From assembly GCA_964619705.1 (NCBI GenBank), contig CAZUGF010000001.1:225327-289326 (forward strand): a DNA stretch of 64,000 nt, in the 5' to 3' direction. The notes below the pieces were generated by a model that saw nothing but the letters and a program-made list of their open reading frames with translations, was not told the DNA's origin and did no database searches. A program made the translations under genes and the position numbers. Each line of letters opens with the position of its first letter. Position 1 is the first letter of the stretch. Below are positions 62,502 to 64,000 of the stretch, in pieces. The stretch is from an uncultured Bifidobacteriaceae bacterium. Its GTDB lineage: Bacteria; Acidobacteriota; Vicinamibacteria; Vicinamibacterales; UBA2999.

Positions 62502-62846
62502 ATGGACGACCAGTTCGAGCTCTTCGATCTGCGCGTCGAGGTCGTCGGCACGGACCGCCCGATGGTGTGCGGCCACCGCGCCGGCGACTGGTTCGAGGTG
62601 CGCGGCGAGAACCTGGTGATGCCTGATGGCCAGGCGTTCTCCATGTATGCCCTCGCCGCGCTCCTGCCTCTGCTTCCCGCAAGACAGCGCCCCACCCACG
62701 AACACGACTGGATGACGACGGACACGGATGTGGCGTGTCCGGACCCGAACTGCGGCGCGCGCTTCCGGATCACGCGCATCGGCACGCGCCGCTTCAGCCA
62801 CGCCGAGACGACGGTCGTCCCGCTGAAGCCCCGGTCCGGACGCTGA
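62502..62846 (+). CDS. Small TIGR04076-like protein
   Basis: 114 aa. The pattern LRVEVVG...CGHRAGDWFEVRGENLVMPDGQAFSMYALAALLPLLPA...VACPDPNCGARFRITRI matches my memory of the TIGR04076 family. Confidence 0.6.
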   Translation: MDDQFELFDLRVEVVGTDRPMVCGHRAGDWFEVRGENLVMPDGQAFSMYALAALLPLLPARQRPTHEHDWMTTDTDVACPDPNCGARFRITRIGTRRFSHAETTVVPLKPRSGR

Positions 62847-62849
62847 CCC

Positions 62850-63911
62850 ATGGGTGTGCCTCGCCGCGCGCTCGCGCCCGGGTACACCATCTCGCGCGTG
62901 ATCAAGGGCGGCTGGCAGCTGGCCGGCGGGCACGGCACCGTCGACGCCGAGTCCGCGCTCGCCGACATGGATGCGTTCCTCGAGGCCGGTATCACGACCT
63001 GGGACTGCGCGGACATCTACACCGGCGTGGAGGCGTTGATCGGCGAGTACCTCCGGCGCGTCCGCGTTCGCCACGGGGCGTCAGCGGCTGCGCGCCTGCA
63101 GGTGCACACCAAGTGCGTGCCCGATCGTGCCAGTCTCCGGCGGCTCACGCGGCAGGACGTGACGGCCCTGGTCGATCGGTCGCTGGCGCGTCTCGGTGTC
63201 GAGCGGCTCGACCTGGTGCAGGTCCACTGGTGGGACTTCGAGACACCGGGCTGGATCGAGGCGGCGCAGTGGCTGGACGATCTGCGCGGCCGCGGCAAGG
63301 TGCGGCACGTGGGGCTCACCAACTTCGATCGGGCGCGCCTTGACGAGGTGCTGCGTGCCGGGGTGCAGGTGGCATCGCACCAGGTGCAGTACTCCGTCCT
63401 CGACAGGCGTCCCGCGCGCGGCATGGCGGGGCGGTCTGCGGACCTCGGCGTCGGCCTGCTGTGCTACGGCGCGCTGGCCGGCGGGTTCCTGTCCGAGCGC
63501 TGGCTCGGCGAGCCGGACCCTGCGGGCGCCGGTCCGGCGCTCGAGAACCGGTCGCTCGTGAAGTACCGCCTGATCATCGACGAGTACGGCGGATGGCCGG
63601 CCTTCCAGTGCCTCCTGCGGACGCTGGAGGCCATCGCGCGCCGGCACGGCACGACCATCGGCGCTGTCGCACTCCGGTGGGTACTGGACAGTCAGGGCGT
63701 TGCGGCCGTCATCGTGGGCGCACGGCATGCGCGGCACATCGAGGCCACGTGTCACGCCGCGGTCCTGGCGCTCGACGACAACGACCGCGCGGCGATCGCG
63801 CGTGAGCACGCGGCGCATCCGGGACCGTCCGGCGAGGTCTACGGCCTCGAGCGCGTGCCCGGTGGGCCGCACGCCGTCATCATGCGTGACAACCTGAATC
63901 GCGCGGGATGA
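62850..63911 (+). CDS. Aldo/keto reductase
   Basis: 353 aa. Motifs: WDCADIYTGVE, LDLVQVHWWD, VRHVGLTNF and AYGALAGGFLS, typical of AKR. Confidence 0.85.
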   Translation: MGVPRRALAPGYTISRVIKGGWQLAGGHGTVDAESALADMDAFLEAGITTWDCADIYTGVEALIGEYLRRVRVRHGASAAARLQVHTKCVPDRASLRRLTRQDVTALVDRSLARLGVERLDLVQVHWWDFETPGWIEAAQWLDDLRGRGKVRHVGLTNFDRARLDEVLRAGVQVASHQVQYSVLDRRPARGMAGRSADLGVGLLCYGALAGGFLSERWLGEPDPAGAGPALENRSLVKYRLIIDEYGGWPAFQCLLRTLEAIARRHGTTIGAVALRWVLDSQGVAAVIVGARHARHIEATCHAAVLALDDNDRAAIAREHAAHPGPSGEVYGLERVPGGPHAVIMRDNLNRAG

Positions 63912-64000
63912 TGTGGAACGTGATCCCGTGGCGTGCGCTGGCCGCCGCGGTCTTCTTTGCGGTCATGGCCGCGCACCAGGGATTTGCGCAGCCGGCCTCC
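63908..64000 (+). CDS. Start of an exported protein (truncated by the window end)
   Basis: The ATG at 63908 overlaps the AKR stop (ATGA). It reads MMWNVIPWRALAAAVFFAVMAAHQGFAQPAS, which looks like a signal peptide. Only 31 codons are visible. Confidence 0.3.
   Translation, partial: MMWNVIPWRALAAAVFFAVMAAHQGFAQPAS

Overview
Very GC-rich bacterial chromosomal segment with strong GC3 bias, so long spurious antisense ORFs occur throughout. It is gene-dense and almost entirely core metabolism. I call about 65 protein genes, one confident riboswitch, one candidate structured leader, a few promoter/operator candidates and some short tandem repeats. I saw no rRNA, tRNA, CRISPR array, transposase, integrase or phage genes.

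Layout:
- 0-3.5 kb: two TonB-dependent receptors plus an exported CbiX-like protein, then rpsD.
- 5.7-14.7 kb: an arginine biosynthesis divergon, argC-B-D-GNAT-J-F <> argR-argG'-argH, with ARG-box candidates; then fabI.
- 16.3-21.2 kb: sigma54 activator, membrane HD-GYP/GAF/GGDEF protein, FNR-like reductase; then nagA and queC.
- 25.2-29.3 kb: DtxR regulator <> membrane DtxR-FeoA fusion plus a split feoB; then ubiE.
- 30.2-36.2 kb: a degenerate PilT-like protein and an aminotransferase / homoserine-dehydrogenase-like / CoA-transferase operon.
- 37.1-48.3 kb: an 11-kb same-strand sulfur block, cysM-mec-cysO::moeZ followed by iscR-iscS-iscU'-iscA-sufBCDSUT.
- 48.9-64 kb: futalosine-pathway menaquinone genes, a B12-riboswitch-controlled ABC importer, nadA behind a structured leader, SOD and an aldo/keto reductase.

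Most noteworthy:
- The ubiquitin-like sulfur carrier CysO is fused in frame to its E1 (MoeZ), next to a JAMM protease.
- The ArgG homologue has eroded catalytic signatures.
- A DtxR-FeoA fusion with an N-terminal hydrophobic helix precedes the split FeoB.
- The PilT-like protein has a duplicated N-domain and lacks catalytic residues.
- The IscU-like protein retains only 1 of 3 cluster-ligand cysteines.
- The nadA leader is a tandem hairpin.

Taxonomy is inference only: an Acidobacteria/Gemmatimonadetes-like soil bacterium. All domain calls come from reading the translated ORFs and from motif memory. No searches or computations were run.
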